A stretch of 64,000 nucleotides of DNA from Gammaproteobacteria bacterium (GTDB lineage Bacteria; Pseudomonadota; Gammaproteobacteria; SZUA-152), in assembly GCA_021648485.1 (NCBI GenBank), contig JAKISS010000009.1:2061-66060 (forward strand), given 5' to 3'. A model generated the notes under the pieces. It saw nothing but the letters and a program-made list of their open reading frames with translations, did no database searches and was not told the origin of the DNA. Below, piece by piece: positions 1 through 11,205 of this stretch. The position numbers and the translations under genes are program-made. The number at the start of each line of letters is the position of its first letter. Position 1 is the first letter of the stretch.

Positions 1-615
1 TTTGCTCAGTTTTTGGGTCTCAACCTTACCCCATTGACTGAAATCAATTTCCGGCAGGGGGGCCACGGCTAAGCCACCGCCTCCGGTGCCCCGGGTCAGC
101 GCCTGTTTAACAAAGGCTTTTATATCATCTTTGATCACGCGACCCTTGCGGCCACTGCCAGCAACGCGCCCCAGGTCTACCCCCAGTTCACGCGCAAATT
201 TGCGCACTGAGGGACTTGCATAGGCACGGGAAAAACTGATTTCATCGATTTTTGCTGTGGGAGAGGAACGATATTGCGGAGGCTGTGTTACCGGTTGTGG
301 TGCAGGTGCAGTCGGTTTACTGGCGACTACCGGTGCTGGTGTGGCTTCCTGTGTCACAGGCGCAGCAGCAGGCACATCATTGCTGGGCTCCAATAACAGG
401 ATCACACTGCCCTGAGAAATCTGATCACCCACCGCAACTTTCACTTCCGCCACTACACCCGCTTCAGGTGCAGGAATTTCCATGGTGGCCTTGTCAGACT
501 CCACGGAAACCAGTGAGTCTTCTGCGGCAATGGTATCACCGACTTCGACCAGTACTTCGATCACTTCAACGCTGTCAAAATCACCGATATCAGGAATTAC
601 TATCTCTTTTGCCAT
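1..615 (-). CDS. aceF: Dihydrolipoamide acetyltransferase (pyruvate dehydrogenase E2), N-terminal part; the gene continues beyond the window
   Basis: The reverse translation from the ATG at 613-615 reads [21 protein letters not shown]...[12 protein letters not shown], a lipoyl domain with the SDKA lipoyl-lysine motif. An Ala/Pro linker and an E3-binding motif ([16 protein letters not shown]) follow. It lies 17 nt downstream of aceE on the same strand. Confidence 0.9.
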   Translation of the reverse strand, partial: MAKEIVIPDIGDFDSVEVIEVLVEVGDTIAAEDSLVSVESDKATMEIPAPEAGVVAEVKVAVGDQISQGSVILLLEPSNDVPAAAPVTQEATPAPVVASKPTAPAPQPVTQPPQYRSSPTAKIDEISFSRAYASPSVRKFARELGVDLGRVAGSGRKGRVIKDDIKAFVKQALTRGTGGGGLAVAPLPEIDFSQWGKVETQKLSK

Positions 616-632
616 GTTTTTTCTCGCTGCAA

Positions 633-3296
633 TCAAGCATGCAGTGGGTTGATTTTTTCCGGGTCGATACCGTACTTGTCAATGGCCTCGGCCACAGTAA
701 CGGCGTCAATGCTGCCTTCATCCGCCAATGCTTTCAACGCCGCAACAACAATGTGTGCGGCATTGACTTCAAAGTGCTTGCGCAGCTGAGCACGGGTATC
801 GCTACGGCCAAAACCGTCCGTGCCCAACACCTCATAACGTGCCGGTATCCATTTACGTACTTTGTCGGCATATAACTGGATATAGTCAGTAGCCGCGATC
901 ACCGGGCCTGTGCAGCCTTCAAGGCATTGCGTTATATATGGTATACGTGCTGCATCTGTGGGGTGCAGGCGATTCCAGCGGTCACAATCACGCGCCTCGC
1001 GGGCCAGCTCGGTAAAGCTGGTGGCGCTCCAGATATCGGCATCCACCCCCCAGTCAGCACGCAGCAAATCTGCCGCTGCAATCGCTTCACGCAAAATCGC
1101 ACCACTGCCCATGAGCTGCACGGTTGCAGTGCCGGTATTCTCCGCAGCACGGAATTTATACAACCCTTTGATGATACCTGCTTCAGCATTGTCAGGCATG
1201 GCGGGATGCACATAGTTTTCGTTCATTGCGGTGACGTAATAAAACACGTTTTCCTGTTCAGCAAACATGCGACGCATGCCGTCGTGAATAATCACTGCCA
1301 TTTCGTAACCGAACGCAGGATCATAACTGATGCAATTGGGAATGGTGTCGGACAAAATCAGGCTGTGCCCATCCTGGTGTTGCAAACCTTCGCCCGCCAG
1401 TGTGGTGCGGCCTGCGGTACCGCCGATCATGAAACCACGCGCCTGCATGTCTCCGGCAGCCCAGGCCAGGTCGCCAATGCGCTGAAAGCCGAACATGGAA
1501 TAATAAATGTAAAACGGGATCATGTTGACGCCATGAGAGCTGTACGCAGTGGCTGCCGCAATCCACGACGACATAGAGCCTGCTTCGTTAATGCCCTCTT
1601 CGAGAATCTGTCCGCTCTTGTCCTCTTTGTAGAACATGATCTGATCTTTATCCTGCGGTGTGTATAGCTGTCCCACCGAGGAATAAATACCCAATTGACG
1701 GAACATGCCTTCCATACCAAAAGTACGCGCCTCGTCAGGCACAATCGGCACCACGTTTTTGCCGATATTTTTATCGCGACACAACAGGGTGAGCATGCGC
1801 ACCCAGGCCATGGTGGTAGACATTTCCTTGTCGCCACTGCCCGCCAGCATGGTGTCAAAAATCGACAGGGGTGGAATTTCCAGTGGCGCTGCCTGTGTGC
1901 TGCGTACGGGTAAAGGGCCGCCAAGTTCTGTACGACGGGCATTCATGTATTGCATTTCTTCGCTGTCTGCATCCGGTACGTAGTATTTACCGGTGGCGGC
2001 ATCTTCGTCGTTAAGCGGAATATTGAAACGGTTGCGGAAATCCAGCATTTCATTGTCTTGCAGTTTTTTCTGCGAGTGCGTGCGGTTCTGTGCTTCACCA
2101 GCGGAACCCATGCCATAACCTTTCACGGTTTGCGCCAGAATCACTGTAGGCTGGCCATGGGTATTCACTGCGGCATGATAGGCGGCATAAACTTTGTGCG
2201 GGTCATGCCCTCCACGGTTGAGACGCCAAATATCTTCGTCAGACATCTTTGCCACCATGGCTTTCAATTCGGGTGTATTAAAAAAGTGCTCGCGCACAAA
2301 GGCACCGTCTTTGGATTTATAATTCTGAAAGTCACCATCCACGCATTCCATCATGCGCTGTTGCAACAGACCGTCTTTATCCATGGATAGCAGGGGATCC
2401 CAGTAGCTGCCCCACAATACTTTGATCACATTCCAGCCGGTGCCACGGAAGTTGGCCTCCAGCTCTTGCACAATTTTGCCGTTGCCGCGTACCGGGCCGT
2501 CAAGGCGTTGCAAATTGCAGTTCACTACCCACACCAGGTTGTCGAGTTTTTCACGACCGGCCAGTGAGATGGCTCCCAGGGATTCCGGCTCATCGGTTTC
2601 ACCATCGCCAATAAATGCCCACACTTTGCGGGTTTCGGTATTGGTGAGACCTCGATGTTGCAGGTACTTCATGAAGCGTGCCTGATAAATGGACATGATC
2701 GGCCCCAGCCCCATGGACACGGTGGGGAATTGCCAGAAATCATTCATCAGATGCGGGTGCGGATAAGAGGACAGGCCTTTGCCATCCACCTCTTGGCGGA
2801 AATTATCCAGTTGCTCTTCCGTTAAGCGGCCTTCGAGAAAGGCGCGCGAATACATGCCTGGTGAGGCGTGCCCTTGAAAGAAGATCAGGTCACCACCGTG
2901 GTCAGCATTGGGCGCATGCCAGAAGTGGTTGAAGCCAATATCATACAGCGTCGCTGCCGAAGCAAAGGTGGCAATGTGTCCACCCAGTTCGCTGCTCTTG
3001 CGATTAGCCTTGACCACCATGGCCATGGCGTTCCATCGAATATAGGAACGAATACGATCTTCGATGGCTTGATCACCCGGCAGTTCAGCCTCCAGGTGCG
3101 TAGGAATGGTGTTCACGTAAGCGGTATTGGCGGAAAACGGCAGATTAGCGCCGGAGCGCCGGGCCTTGTCAATGAGCTGCTCAAGCAAAAAATGGGCGCG
3201 CTCGACACCTTCGTGTTCGATCACCGCAGCCAGTGCTTCCACCCATTCCTGGGTTTCTATGGCATCAACATCAGGTGTTTGCAATTGCTGGGACAT
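633..3296 (-). CDS. aceE: Pyruvate dehydrogenase E1 component, homodimeric type (887 aa)
   Basis: Full-length 887-aa ORF with typical AceE sequence ([22 protein letters not shown]..., [10 protein letters not shown] thiamine-diphosphate region). It lies directly upstream of aceF. Confidence 0.95.
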   Translation of the reverse strand: MSQQLQTPDVDAIETQEWVEALAAVIEHEGVERAHFLLEQLIDKARRSGANLPFSANTAYVNTIPTHLEAELPGDQAIEDRIRSYIRWNAMAMVVKANRKSSELGGHIATFASAATLYDIGFNHFWHAPNADHGGDLIFFQGHASPGMYSRAFLEGRLTEEQLDNFRQEVDGKGLSSYPHPHLMNDFWQFPTVSMGLGPIMSIYQARFMKYLQHRGLTNTETRKVWAFIGDGETDEPESLGAISLAGREKLDNLVWVVNCNLQRLDGPVRGNGKIVQELEANFRGTGWNVIKVLWGSYWDPLLSMDKDGLLQQRMMECVDGDFQNYKSKDGAFVREHFFNTPELKAMVAKMSDEDIWRLNRGGHDPHKVYAAYHAAVNTHGQPTVILAQTVKGYGMGSAGEAQNRTHSQKKLQDNEMLDFRNRFNIPLNDEDAATGKYYVPDADSEEMQYMNARRTELGGPLPVRSTQAAPLEIPPLSIFDTMLAGSGDKEMSTTMAWVRMLTLLCRDKNIGKNVVPIVPDEARTFGMEGMFRQLGIYSSVGQLYTPQDKDQIMFYKEDKSGQILEEGINEAGSMSSWIAAATAYSSHGVNMIPFYIYYSMFGFQRIGDLAWAAGDMQARGFMIGGTAGRTTLAGEGLQHQDGHSLILSDTIPNCISYDPAFGYEMAVIIHDGMRRMFAEQENVFYYVTAMNENYVHPAMPDNAEAGIIKGLYKFRAAENTGTATVQLMGSGAILREAIAAADLLRADWGVDADIWSATSFTELAREARDCDRWNRLHPTDAARIPYITQCLEGCTGPVIAATDYIQLYADKVRKWIPARYEVLGTDGFGRSDTRAQLRKHFEVNAAHIVVAALKALADEGSIDAVTVAEAIDKYGIDPEKINPLHA

Positions 3297-3543
3297 ATTC
3301 CAACCTCTTTAGAAATTCGTGCCTGCTTGATTGGCCAGGACGCTCGGATTCCGCCACAGTAACATTGATGGAATATAAGTAGAGGTCGCAGCAACAAAAA
3401 AGAGCCGCGTATGATCGTTGTTTTGCCCGCACAGGTCAAGCCAGCGCCGAGCGAGCCCGGCGCAAATTACTGACACAACCTTTTTAAAAACAATAGACTA
3501 TAGATCAATATCCAGGCTGGACTCCGCGCAGACAAAAGCGGAA

Positions 3544-4182
3544 TCAGGACTCCATTGCAGTAATAACACAAATAATACGCACTGGCCGACCCACATCATC
3601 CTTAACCATCTTACCGCGCTGTCGCACACGCCCTGCGCTATGGGTAAGACTGTGGGTCACATCAAAATTTGCTTCTCGGCTTTCGATCACCGCGTTCAAC
3701 GCTTCACCCACCTGGGTACGATCAGCTGTTGCAACATACCCGAGTAAATCGTTTTTGTTACCCCGAAAACCATTTTTGCCCACTCCCAGTAACTTTTCTG
3801 CAACATCGGACAATACAATCTCGTCATCCACAATATCGAAATCCCAGGTGCCTATGGTGACGACTTCCAGTGCCAGGCGCATGCGCTGCTCGTTATCAAT
3901 AATAGACTTGATAACACCACGGCGCACTTTGCTGCCGGTACGGCGCTCACTGAAGGAAGTCATTGCGTCATCCCCATAACGCAACCAGATCCAGTTCACA
4001 TCAAAATGAGTAGCCACCGTTTTAAGATTATCGTATTCGATGTTGCCGCCCTTGGCCCACTTGCCCACAGCCTGACCGGAAACGCCTACCACACGGCCAA
4101 TTTCTGCGTGGGAGATATTATGTTCACGAATCAACTGGGTTAATCGACTGGCAAATGTGTCTTGTTCACGCATGTGTTTCAT
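3544..4182 (-). CDS. Transcriptional regulator with an XRE/Cro-type HTH fused to a PAS-like sensor domain
   Basis: The N-terminus (FASRLTQLIREHNISHAEIGRVVGVSGQAVGKWAKGG...WIWLRYG) fits the HTH_3 pattern. The C-terminal half (TIGTWDFDIVDDEIVLS...VATADRTQV...GRPVRIICVI) fits a PAS fold. It is co-oriented with aceE and sits upstream of it. Confidence 0.7.
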   Translation of the reverse strand: MKHMREQDTFASRLTQLIREHNISHAEIGRVVGVSGQAVGKWAKGGNIEYDNLKTVATHFDVNWIWLRYGDDAMTSFSERRTGSKVRRGVIKSIIDNEQRMRLALEVVTIGTWDFDIVDDEIVLSDVAEKLLGVGKNGFRGNKNDLLGYVATADRTQVGEALNAVIESREANFDVTHSLTHSAGRVRQRGKMVKDDVGRPVRIICVITAMES

Positions 4183-4457
4183 CCTATGTTATTAGCTGAC
4201 ACCCCTCAGCACATAAAATGCTGCCTGATGCCCGCTTTTATTTATTCCCTTAAGTCCTTCCCATATGCTTTTCGCTCTGACTTAACCCTGCCCCAACCCT
4301 GCCAGTAGCGCGCCGCGAATTCTGTCAGAAAATCCCTGTAAATGACAGTAATTTGTGACTCATTAAACAATGGTGCATCCCGGTGCATAGCGACATTGCT
4401 TCCGAGCCTCACCTCTCAGTTATGACACCCGCTGCAACGGAAACTGCGAGTGAATTT

Positions 4458-4979
4458 TCACTCTTCAAGTGAACCTCTTTTTTTATTCCCTGTTATGACG
4501 GAAGGCGCAACATAACCCTTGGGACGAATCGCGACTGTATTCATTATCCGACTGCACAACACACCATCCTGTCGATAAAAAGCATACTCAAACTGCGGGG
4601 TACTGCGGCCACGAGCAGCAAGATCATCACGAATCTGCTGATCGATAGCGGCATCAAATTCAAAACGTAACTCCAGATCACTATTGCCCTCGGCAATAAA
4701 ATCAATGTGCATAGCGCGCGTCCACACCTCGTACCCCGGATAGCGGTACGCACAGGCCAAAGCAGCAATGGGATCGGCCAACGCGGCCTGGTAGCCACCA
4801 AACATGCTGTTACTCATGTTGCGTGAAAAAGCATTCAGCGGCAGACGCAAGCGCACGAGCTGCCAATCATTGGTTAATTCCACTACTTTTATACGCATCA
4901 GAAAAAAGGGTGGAAACCATTCCAGCCGCTGACGCACCGACAAAAAACGCAACCTGCGTAGCAATGTCAGCACGTTCAT
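4458..4979 (-). CDS. Hotdog-fold acyl-CoA thioesterase-like protein (PaaI/DUF4442-like)
   Basis: 173-aa ORF whose ATG overlaps the rsmE stop as ATGA. The sequence pattern (NSMFGGYQAALADP...HIDFIAEG) resembles the PaaI/DUF4442 thioesterase family. The family name is from memory only. Confidence 0.55.
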   Translation of the reverse strand: MNVLTLLRRLRFLSVRQRLEWFPPFFLMRIKVVELTNDWQLVRLRLPLNAFSRNMSNSMFGGYQAALADPIAALACAYRYPGYEVWTRAMHIDFIAEGNSDLELRFEFDAAIDQQIRDDLAARGRSTPQFEYAFYRQDGVLCSRIMNTVAIRPKGYVAPSVITGNKKRGSLEE

Positions 4980-5749
4980 GTGTTTTTCATCCCGGCAGTG
5001 AAATCACCCCAGTGCCACTGTAGTACAGAGATCGCTGCCAGCGCCGCCGTTTCCGTACGCAATACTCGCGGACCAAGTCGCCATGGCACAAAACCAGCGG
5101 CCTCCGCTGTCGCAATTTCCCGCGCCGATAACCCGCCTTCGGGACCAATCAACAGACTCACCGCTCCCCGGGGTACCGGTAATGCAGCAAGGTCTGTCTC
5201 CGCACGGTGATGCAACACCAATTTCAGACTGTCCGTTTCTGCTACATCGGCAACAGCCACAGCAAACGACCTCACTGCCTCCACCGTTGGCACCTGATTA
5301 CGACCACATTGTTCACAGGCGCTGTGTACCACTCCCTGCCAATGCGTACGGCGCTTTTCCTGTCGATCACTCTTAAGATTCACCACCGTACGCTCACTCA
5401 ATACCGGCACAATGCGGGACACGCCCAGTTCCACCGCCTTTTGCACGGTGTAATCCATGCGTTCTCCCCGCGAAATACCCTGCAATAACACCAGTTCCAA
5501 CGGTGACTCCAACGAGTGCGCCATGAACTCGCCCACCTCAATCAGCACCGAACGCCGTTCCACGACACTCACACATGCGGCAAACTCCCCGCACTCACCC
5601 TTATCATTCGCTTCACCATTAAAGAGCACCAACACATCACCCGCTCGCAGACGCAACACTTTGGTAAGATGCACCGCCGCCTGAGCATCCAGTTTGATTG
5701 TCTGGCCACTGGCCAACGGCATGGGCTGATAGATTCGGGGAATACGCAC
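4976..5749 (-). CDS. rsmE: 16S rRNA (uracil1498-N3)-methyltransferase RsmE
   Basis: VRIPRIYQPMPL... is the canonical RsmE N-terminus, and the C-terminus reads LLIGPEGGLSAREI...LGPRVLRTETAALAA. I chose the GTG at 5747-5749 as the start. The longer ORF reaching 5872 would run into the divergent pyrC start. Confidence 0.85.
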   Translation of the reverse strand: MRIPRIYQPMPLASGQTIKLDAQAAVHLTKVLRLRAGDVLVLFNGEANDKGECGEFAACVSVVERRSVLIEVGEFMAHSLESPLELVLLQGISRGERMDYTVQKAVELGVSRIVPVLSERTVVNLKSDRQEKRRTHWQGVVHSACEQCGRNQVPTVEAVRSFAVAVADVAETDSLKLVLHHRAETDLAALPVPRGAVSLLIGPEGGLSAREIATAEAAGFVPWRLGPRVLRTETAALAAISVLQWHWGDFTAGMKNT

Positions 5750-5862
5750 AAAACCTCCAAAGCATAAAATAAACCGCATTGTCACCCGACACGCCGCACT
5801 GCGCCAGCAGCAAACATGGCATAATGTGAGCATTCTCGAACACCCAGGCTGGAACCGCACAT

Positions 5863-6906
5863 TTGAACGCATCCATTACTCAACTCACGCTGACACGCCC
5901 CGATGACTGGCATCTGCATGTCCGCGATGGGGCTGCTATGGCTGCCGTCATTGGCCACACGGCCCGGCAGTTTGCGCGCGCCATTATTATGCCCAATCTC
6001 AGTCCGCCGATAACAACAACGGCACTGGCACAGGCCTATTACCAGCGTATTTTGGATGCTCTGCCAACGGACAGTGATTTCCAGCCGCTGATGACGCTGT
6101 ATCTCACCGATGACACTTCGCCGGGCGAAATTTCCCGCGCCAAAAACAGCGGCGTAGTGTTTGCCATTAAGCTGTACCCGGCAGGCGCTACGACGAATTC
6201 CGACAGTGGTGTTACTCAATTGCAGAAGACTTATTCCGCATTAGCGGCCATGGAGACCTACGGCCTGCCTCTACTGGTGCATGGGGAAGTGACCGATCCT
6301 GCCGTAGATGTGTTTGATCGTGAAAAAATATTTATCGAACAACAGCTTATTCCCCTCACCCGGCAGTTTCCCGGTTTGAAAGTTGTGTTTGAACACATCA
6401 CGACCAAAGATGCCGTCGATTTTGTATTGGGGAGTGGTAATAACATTGCGGCAACCATTACACCGCAGCATCTGTTACTGAATCGCAATGCCATGCTGGT
6501 TGGCGGCATACATCCGCACAACTATTGCCTGCCCGTACTCAAGCGCGAAGCCCATCGTGAAGCGCTGGTCGCCGCCGCTACCAGCGGCAACGCAAAATTC
6601 TTTCTCGGTACAGACAGCGCCCCACATGCCAAAGGGGCAAAAGAATCTGCTTGTGGCTGTGCGGGAATTTACAGTGCCCATGCTGCACTGGAGTTTTACG
6701 CCACAGCCTTTGAACGTGTCGGTGCGCTGGACAAACTTGAAGGTTTTGCCAGCCATTTTGGCGCTGATTTTTATGGTCTCCCGCGCAATACCGGCAGCGT
6801 CACCCTGGAACGATGCGCACAGACCCTGGCTGATGAAATAACTTTTGGCAACGAAACACTGGTACCTTTTTTTGCCGGAAAAACACTGGCATGGAAATTA
6901 TCATGA
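5863..6906 (+). CDS. pyrC: Dihydroorotase, class II (E. coli type)
   Basis: 347 aa with the [11 protein letters not shown] metal-binding motif and typical PyrC length and sequence. Confidence 0.9.
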   Translation: MNASITQLTLTRPDDWHLHVRDGAAMAAVIGHTARQFARAIIMPNLSPPITTTALAQAYYQRILDALPTDSDFQPLMTLYLTDDTSPGEISRAKNSGVVFAIKLYPAGATTNSDSGVTQLQKTYSALAAMETYGLPLLVHGEVTDPAVDVFDREKIFIEQQLIPLTRQFPGLKVVFEHITTKDAVDFVLGSGNNIAATITPQHLLLNRNAMLVGGIHPHNYCLPVLKREAHREALVAAATSGNAKFFLGTDSAPHAKGAKESACGCAGIYSAHAALEFYATAFERVGALDKLEGFASHFGADFYGLPRNTGSVTLERCAQTLADEITFGNETLVPFFAGKTLAWKLS

Positions 6907-7607
6907 ACACTCCAACCGACTCTCCGGGCAAGCTTCCGACAAAAAATCCGGACGCCCCGGAAACTCCTGAAGAACTCGCCACGCCCGCTCCGACAGGCGG
7001 CGGTATTGCACGCCGTTTTCGTGGTTTTTTACCCGTGGTGGTAGACGTAGAGACAGCCGGTTTTAACGCCAACACCGATGCTCTGCTGGAAATTGCCGCA
7101 GTGCCCATTCACATGGATGAAGCGGGGCTGGTTTATCCCGGCAAAACAGTCAGCGCTCACGTCGAACCCTTCCCCGGCGCTAATCTGGAAGCCTCCGCAC
7201 TGGCTTTTACCGGCATTGACCCCCATCACCCACTGCGTATCGCCGAGCCCGAGGGTAAAGCACTGAAAAAAATCTTTGAACCCATTCGCAACATACTCAA
7301 AGGCTCTAATTGTTCACGGGCAATTCTTGTTGGTCACAACCCTTCCTTCGATCTCGCCTTCGTCAAGGCTGCTGTAGAACGCACGGGCATTAAACGCAAC
7401 CCTTTTCACCAGTTCAGCACCTTTGATACTGCCACGCTTGCAGGACTTGCCTACGGCCAAACGGTACTGGCCCGCGCCATTGCCGCCGCTGGCATCGAAT
7501 GGAGCAGCAATGAGGCACACTCCGCCGTTTACGACACAGAAAAGACCGCTGAATTATTTTGCGTTATTGTTAATCGCTGGAAAGAACTGGGCGGCAGCCC
7601 GATTTAA
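6903..7607 (+). CDS. rnt: Ribonuclease T
   Basis: [27 protein letters not shown] and EAHSAVYD are DEDDh exonuclease motifs typical of RNase T. The ATG at 6903 overlaps the pyrC stop as ATGA. An alternative ATG lies at 6891. Confidence 0.85.
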   Translation: MNTPTDSPGKLPTKNPDAPETPEELATPAPTGGGIARRFRGFLPVVVDVETAGFNANTDALLEIAAVPIHMDEAGLVYPGKTVSAHVEPFPGANLEASALAFTGIDPHHPLRIAEPEGKALKKIFEPIRNILKGSNCSRAILVGHNPSFDLAFVKAAVERTGIKRNPFHQFSTFDTATLAGLAYGQTVLARAIAAAGIEWSSNEAHSAVYDTEKTAELFCVIVNRWKELGGSPI

Positions 7608-7615
7608 CGTTCTCC

Positions 7616-7645
7616 AAAAAAACAGCCCTCTCGGGCCGTTTTTAT
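7616..7645. terminator. Weak candidate bidirectional terminator between convergent rnt and grxD
   Basis: The sequence aaaaaaacaGCCCtctcGGGCcgttttt is a short GC stem flanked by an A-run and a T-run. The stem is only about 4-5 bp. Confidence 0.4.
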
Positions 7646-7665
7646 GACTTGGGTGAAACCTTGCT

Positions 7666-8004
7666 TTAAGTGGCTTTCGCGTTTTCCGTTGCCTCTGTCA
7701 CCATTTTTTTCAGCTCACCTTGCTGAAACAATTCCAGCGTAATATCGCAGCCGCCAATCAATTCGCCATTGATGTACACCTGCGGAAAAGTCGGCCAGTC
7801 AGCATAGCGCGGCAAATTTTCAAAAATCTCCGGATCGGCTAACACATTGACATAGGCAAATTCCTGTTCACAGGCTTGCAATGCCTGGGCGGTGCGACTG
7901 GAAAAACCACACTGTGGCAGTTGCGGAGTACCCTTCATGTAAAGAACCACCGGGCTGCTTTCAACTTGTTGTTTAATACGTTCCAAAACGTCCATTGGCT
8001 TCAT
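7666..8004 (-). CDS. grxD: Monothiol glutaredoxin (Grx4 family)
   Basis: 112 aa with the VVLYMKGTPQLPQCGFS active-site motif and the WPTFPQVYINGELIGG motif. Confidence 0.9.
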   Translation of the reverse strand: MKPMDVLERIKQQVESSPVVLYMKGTPQLPQCGFSSRTAQALQACEQEFAYVNVLADPEIFENLPRYADWPTFPQVYINGELIGGCDITLELFQQGELKKMVTEATENAKAT

Positions 8005-8318
8005 AACCTCACTAGCTTTGTACTGAATAATTCACAAAAACACTCACAATGATCCTGCCCGTGACGCAGGGAAGTCTGGATCAGAGTCAGCATCAGTGTA
8101 ACCCATATTACCTGAGTATAAAAGTCAGGTATTTTCTGAATGTCTCCTCCAGCAACGATAGCCCCGCAGACTCAGGGTGCCAAGGCACATTTCAAAAAAA
8201 TTTACAAAATCACCCCGCTCAATGGATTAATCCAGGTTAAAAGATCTCTTCCTGACGGATAGGCAATTGCGAGTGCCTCGGTTACTATGCGCATTCTGCG
8301 ATTATCAGTTGAGTAATT

Positions 8319-8669
8319 TTGTATATGGCTTCGATTCCTTGTCCGCATTGTAAGCAGAAAACCTTTGGCTGGTGGCACAAATATCTTACTGGCAAATGGA
8401 AGGTAGTGCATTGCCAGCAATGCGCTGGCCGGGTGTGCGCACAACCTATCGTATTGGCCGCATTATATTTCTTTTATGTGTGGGATGTCGTGCTGTTTGG
8501 CTATCTCGCCTATCTGGACTCGCTATGGTACCTGCTGGTAATGCTGGCGGGCTGGTTGATTCTGGATTATTTTTCCGTGTATGTGCCTCTCACACCACTA
8601 CGCTCAATCGGCGGCGCAGCATCCTCTGACAAACAATCCCCGTCCACAGACTCAAAACAGAACTCCTGA
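8319..8669 (+). CDS. Hypothetical small membrane protein with an N-terminal CxxC...CxxC ribbon
   Basis: 116-aa ORF with CPHCKQK...CQQCAG followed by two hydrophobic segments. I recognise no family. Confidence 0.45.
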   Translation: MYMASIPCPHCKQKTFGWWHKYLTGKWKVVHCQQCAGRVCAQPIVLAALYFFYVWDVVLFGYLAYLDSLWYLLVMLAGWLILDYFSVYVPLTPLRSIGGAASSDKQSPSTDSKQNS

Positions 8670-8676
8670 CCGTCCC

Positions 8677-9558
8677 ATGGCACGCGTACTGGTGGTGGGC
8701 ATTGCGACTCTCGATATTATTAACACCGTGGATGATTATCCCGAAGAAGATGCAGAAGTGCGCGCCAGCACCCAAGTCATGCGACGCGGTGGCAATGCCT
8801 GCAATACTGCCGTGGTTTTGCAGCAGCTGGGACACCAATGCAGCTGGGCGGGTGCTTTGGCAGACGATGCCAGCAGCGTGATGATCCGTGACGATCTGGC
8901 AGATTATGGTGTGAATATGAATGCGGTACAGGTAGTAGCAGGCGGACATTCGCCAACGTCGTATGTCACCCTGAATCAGCGCAATGGCTCACGCACCATT
9001 GTGCATTATCGTGATTTACCCGAATACAGTCTGACAGCCTTTCAGCAAATTGATCTCACCGATTTTGACTGGCTACACTTTGAAGGGCGCAATGTGGCAC
9101 AAACCCGCGCCATGCTCGATATTGCTCAACAACAGGTTCCCGCAGTACCACGTTCAGTGGAAATCGAAAAGCCGCGTGAGGCAATCGAGTCCTTGTGTAA
9201 GGGCACAACGCTGCTGCTATACTCGCGCCACTATGCACAATCCCATGGCATAACGAACAATGAAATGAATAATCCTGTCACTTTCTTGCGGACACAGCAG
9301 CACACAATACCCGCAGCAGAACACATTTGCAGCTGGGCCGGGCAGGGAGCCTGGGGAGTGGATCAGCAAGGCAAGGTATTGCACAGCCCGGCGATGGATT
9401 TGCCCTGTGTGGTGGATACCCTGGGTGCGGGTGATACGTTCAATGCCGCCATTATTCACGCGAAATTGGCAGGCCTGCCGTTGGCAGACTGCCTGCGTGA
9501 TGCCTGTCAATTGGCCGGTCAAAAATGTACCCGACAGGGGTTCCAGGGACTGTGCTGA
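8677..9558 (+). CDS. PfkB-family sugar kinase, ketohexokinase-like
   Basis: MARVLVVGIATLDIINTVDDYPEEDAEVRASTQVMRRGGNACNTAVVL and the C-terminal DTLGAGDTFNAAII motif match the ketohexokinase-type PfkB pattern. The start is set at the ATG at 8677, internal to the listed ORF. Confidence 0.7.
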   Translation: MARVLVVGIATLDIINTVDDYPEEDAEVRASTQVMRRGGNACNTAVVLQQLGHQCSWAGALADDASSVMIRDDLADYGVNMNAVQVVAGGHSPTSYVTLNQRNGSRTIVHYRDLPEYSLTAFQQIDLTDFDWLHFEGRNVAQTRAMLDIAQQQVPAVPRSVEIEKPREAIESLCKGTTLLLYSRHYAQSHGITNNEMNNPVTFLRTQQHTIPAAEHICSWAGQGAWGVDQQGKVLHSPAMDLPCVVDTLGAGDTFNAAIIHAKLAGLPLADCLRDACQLAGQKCTRQGFQGLC

Positions 9559-9593
9559 AACAGCACTAACTGACAGAAGGAAAAACCACAATC

Positions 9594-10691
9594 ATGGCAG
9601 ATTTTTTAGTTATCGGCGGCGGCCTTATCGGTTTACTGACTGCGCGTACACTGAGTGTTAGTGGCGCAAAAGTGGTCCTTGTCGAACGCGGCCAGCTGGG
9701 ACAGGAGTCATCCTGGGCAGGCGGTGGCATACTTTCGCCACTGTATCCCTGGAAATACCCTGCGGCGGTCAATGAATTAGCAACCTGGAGTCAAACTCGC
9801 TATCGCCAGTTGATTGAAGACCTGGAACAAGCCACAGGCATTGATGCAGAGTGGACGCAAAGCGGACTGTTGATATTGGATGGCGATCAGCACGAGGCGG
9901 CCTTGACCTGGGCACCCACCTGTGAAGCCGATGTGCAAGTAGTAGATGCCAATGCAATCCAGCGCCTGGAGCCTGCATTGCCTGCAAACCACCCTTCCGG
10001 CTTGTGGATGTCACAGGTGGCACAAATTCGCAACCCACTATTAATCAAGGCGCTGCGTGAAGATTTACGGTTGCGGGGTGTACGTGTGGCAGAAAACACT
10101 GAAGTCACACATCTGTTATCCAAAAAGGGCCGCATCCGGGGTGTACAAACAGAATACAGCGAAGTAGTAGCGGATCAGGTCATCGTCGCCTGCGGTGCCT
10201 GGAGCGCTTCCCTGCTGAAAGGACTAGACCAGGAAGTCCCCGTAATGCCAGTACGCGGGCAAATGATTTTATTCCGCATGCAACCCGGGCAATTACAGCA
10301 TATTGTATTGTGGCAGGGGCATTATGCTATTCCCCGGCGCGATGGCCGGGTACTGGTAGGCAGCACCATGGAAGATGTAGGCTTCGATAAAACCATTACT
10401 GAAGAGGCGCGCGATGGCCTGGCCCAGGTCGCCTATGAAATGGTGCCTGCCCTGGCCGATGTGCCCATGGAGCGCCATTGGGCCGGTTTGCGCCCAGGCT
10501 CTCCCACCGGGGTGCCCTTCATTGGTGCCCATCCCAAAATCGACGGGCTATTCATTAATGCAGGGCATTTCCGCAATGGCGTGGTGATGGCCCCGGCCTC
10601 GGCGCAATTGCTGGCCGATATCGTGCAAAACCGGCCCACCATACTGGAAGCAAGCCCTTTTGCACTGGATAATTGCTCTACAGCAGCTTAG
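9594..10691 (+). CDS. thiO: FAD-dependent glycine oxidase
   Basis: 365 aa with the N-terminal dinucleotide fold DFLVIGGGLIGLLTA and a DAO-family layout typical of ThiO. Confidence 0.75.
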   Translation: MADFLVIGGGLIGLLTARTLSVSGAKVVLVERGQLGQESSWAGGGILSPLYPWKYPAAVNELATWSQTRYRQLIEDLEQATGIDAEWTQSGLLILDGDQHEAALTWAPTCEADVQVVDANAIQRLEPALPANHPSGLWMSQVAQIRNPLLIKALREDLRLRGVRVAENTEVTHLLSKKGRIRGVQTEYSEVVADQVIVACGAWSASLLKGLDQEVPVMPVRGQMILFRMQPGQLQHIVLWQGHYAIPRRDGRVLVGSTMEDVGFDKTITEEARDGLAQVAYEMVPALADVPMERHWAGLRPGSPTGVPFIGAHPKIDGLFINAGHFRNGVVMAPASAQLLADIVQNRPTILEASPFALDNCSTAA

Positions 10692-10764
10692 GAAAGTGTG
10701 ACAAAATAACAGGGGCATCCTTCCACGTTGCACTCAACACCTTGCTGGCGATATACTCAGTACC

Positions 10765-11205
10765 ATGCTAGGAATTACTAATAAAATCGAAACGCAGGAT
10801 CAGCATGCGCTAAATGTCGGCGAACTACTGGCACAACACGATATTGCGCCAACCCAGCAACGCCGCCAAATTGCACAAATCCTGTTTGCCCAGCCACAGC
10901 ATCTTTCGGCAGACCAAGTGCTGGAACGTGTCAATCACAATGGCACCGTGGCCTCCAAAGCCACTGTGTACAACACGCTGGGGCTGTTTGCCCGCAAGGG
11001 TTTAATCCGTGAGGTGATTGTTGATCCCAGCAAGGTGTTTTATGATTCCAATACCTCGGCTCATCACCATTTTTACAACATCGACACCGGCCTGTTACAG
11101 GATATCGAAAATCAGGAATTGAATTTACAAGGTCTGCCCACATTACCTGCGGGCGTGGAACTGGACAGTATCGATATTATTGTACGGGTACGCACGGCGG
11201 AATAA
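10765..11205 (+). CDS. Fur-family transcriptional regulator, cysteine-free variant with an HHH motif
   Basis: Winged-helix region (LSADQVLERV...ATVYNTLGLFARKGLIREV) followed by SAHHHFYN. The 146 residues contain no Cys at all. Confidence 0.7.
   Translation: MLGITNKIETQDQHALNVGELLAQHDIAPTQQRRQIAQILFAQPQHLSADQVLERVNHNGTVASKATVYNTLGLFARKGLIREVIVDPSKVFYDSNTSAHHHFYNIDTGLLQDIENQELNLQGLPTLPAGVELDSIDIIVRVRTAE

Noticed and set aside
927-1667. A 246-aa plus-strand ORF and several others (252-875, 1520-1942, 2868-3362) overlap aceE and aceF.
   Set aside because: They lie antisense or out of frame within strongly supported aceE/aceF coding sequence. Their Arg/Cys/His-rich translations have no recognisable motifs, so they are shadow ORFs.
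9559-9593. A possible TPP riboswitch upstream of thiO.
   Set aside because: Only 35 nt separate the upstream kinase gene from thiO, which is too short for a THI element. I see no THI-box-like sequence (CUGAGA...ACCUGA).
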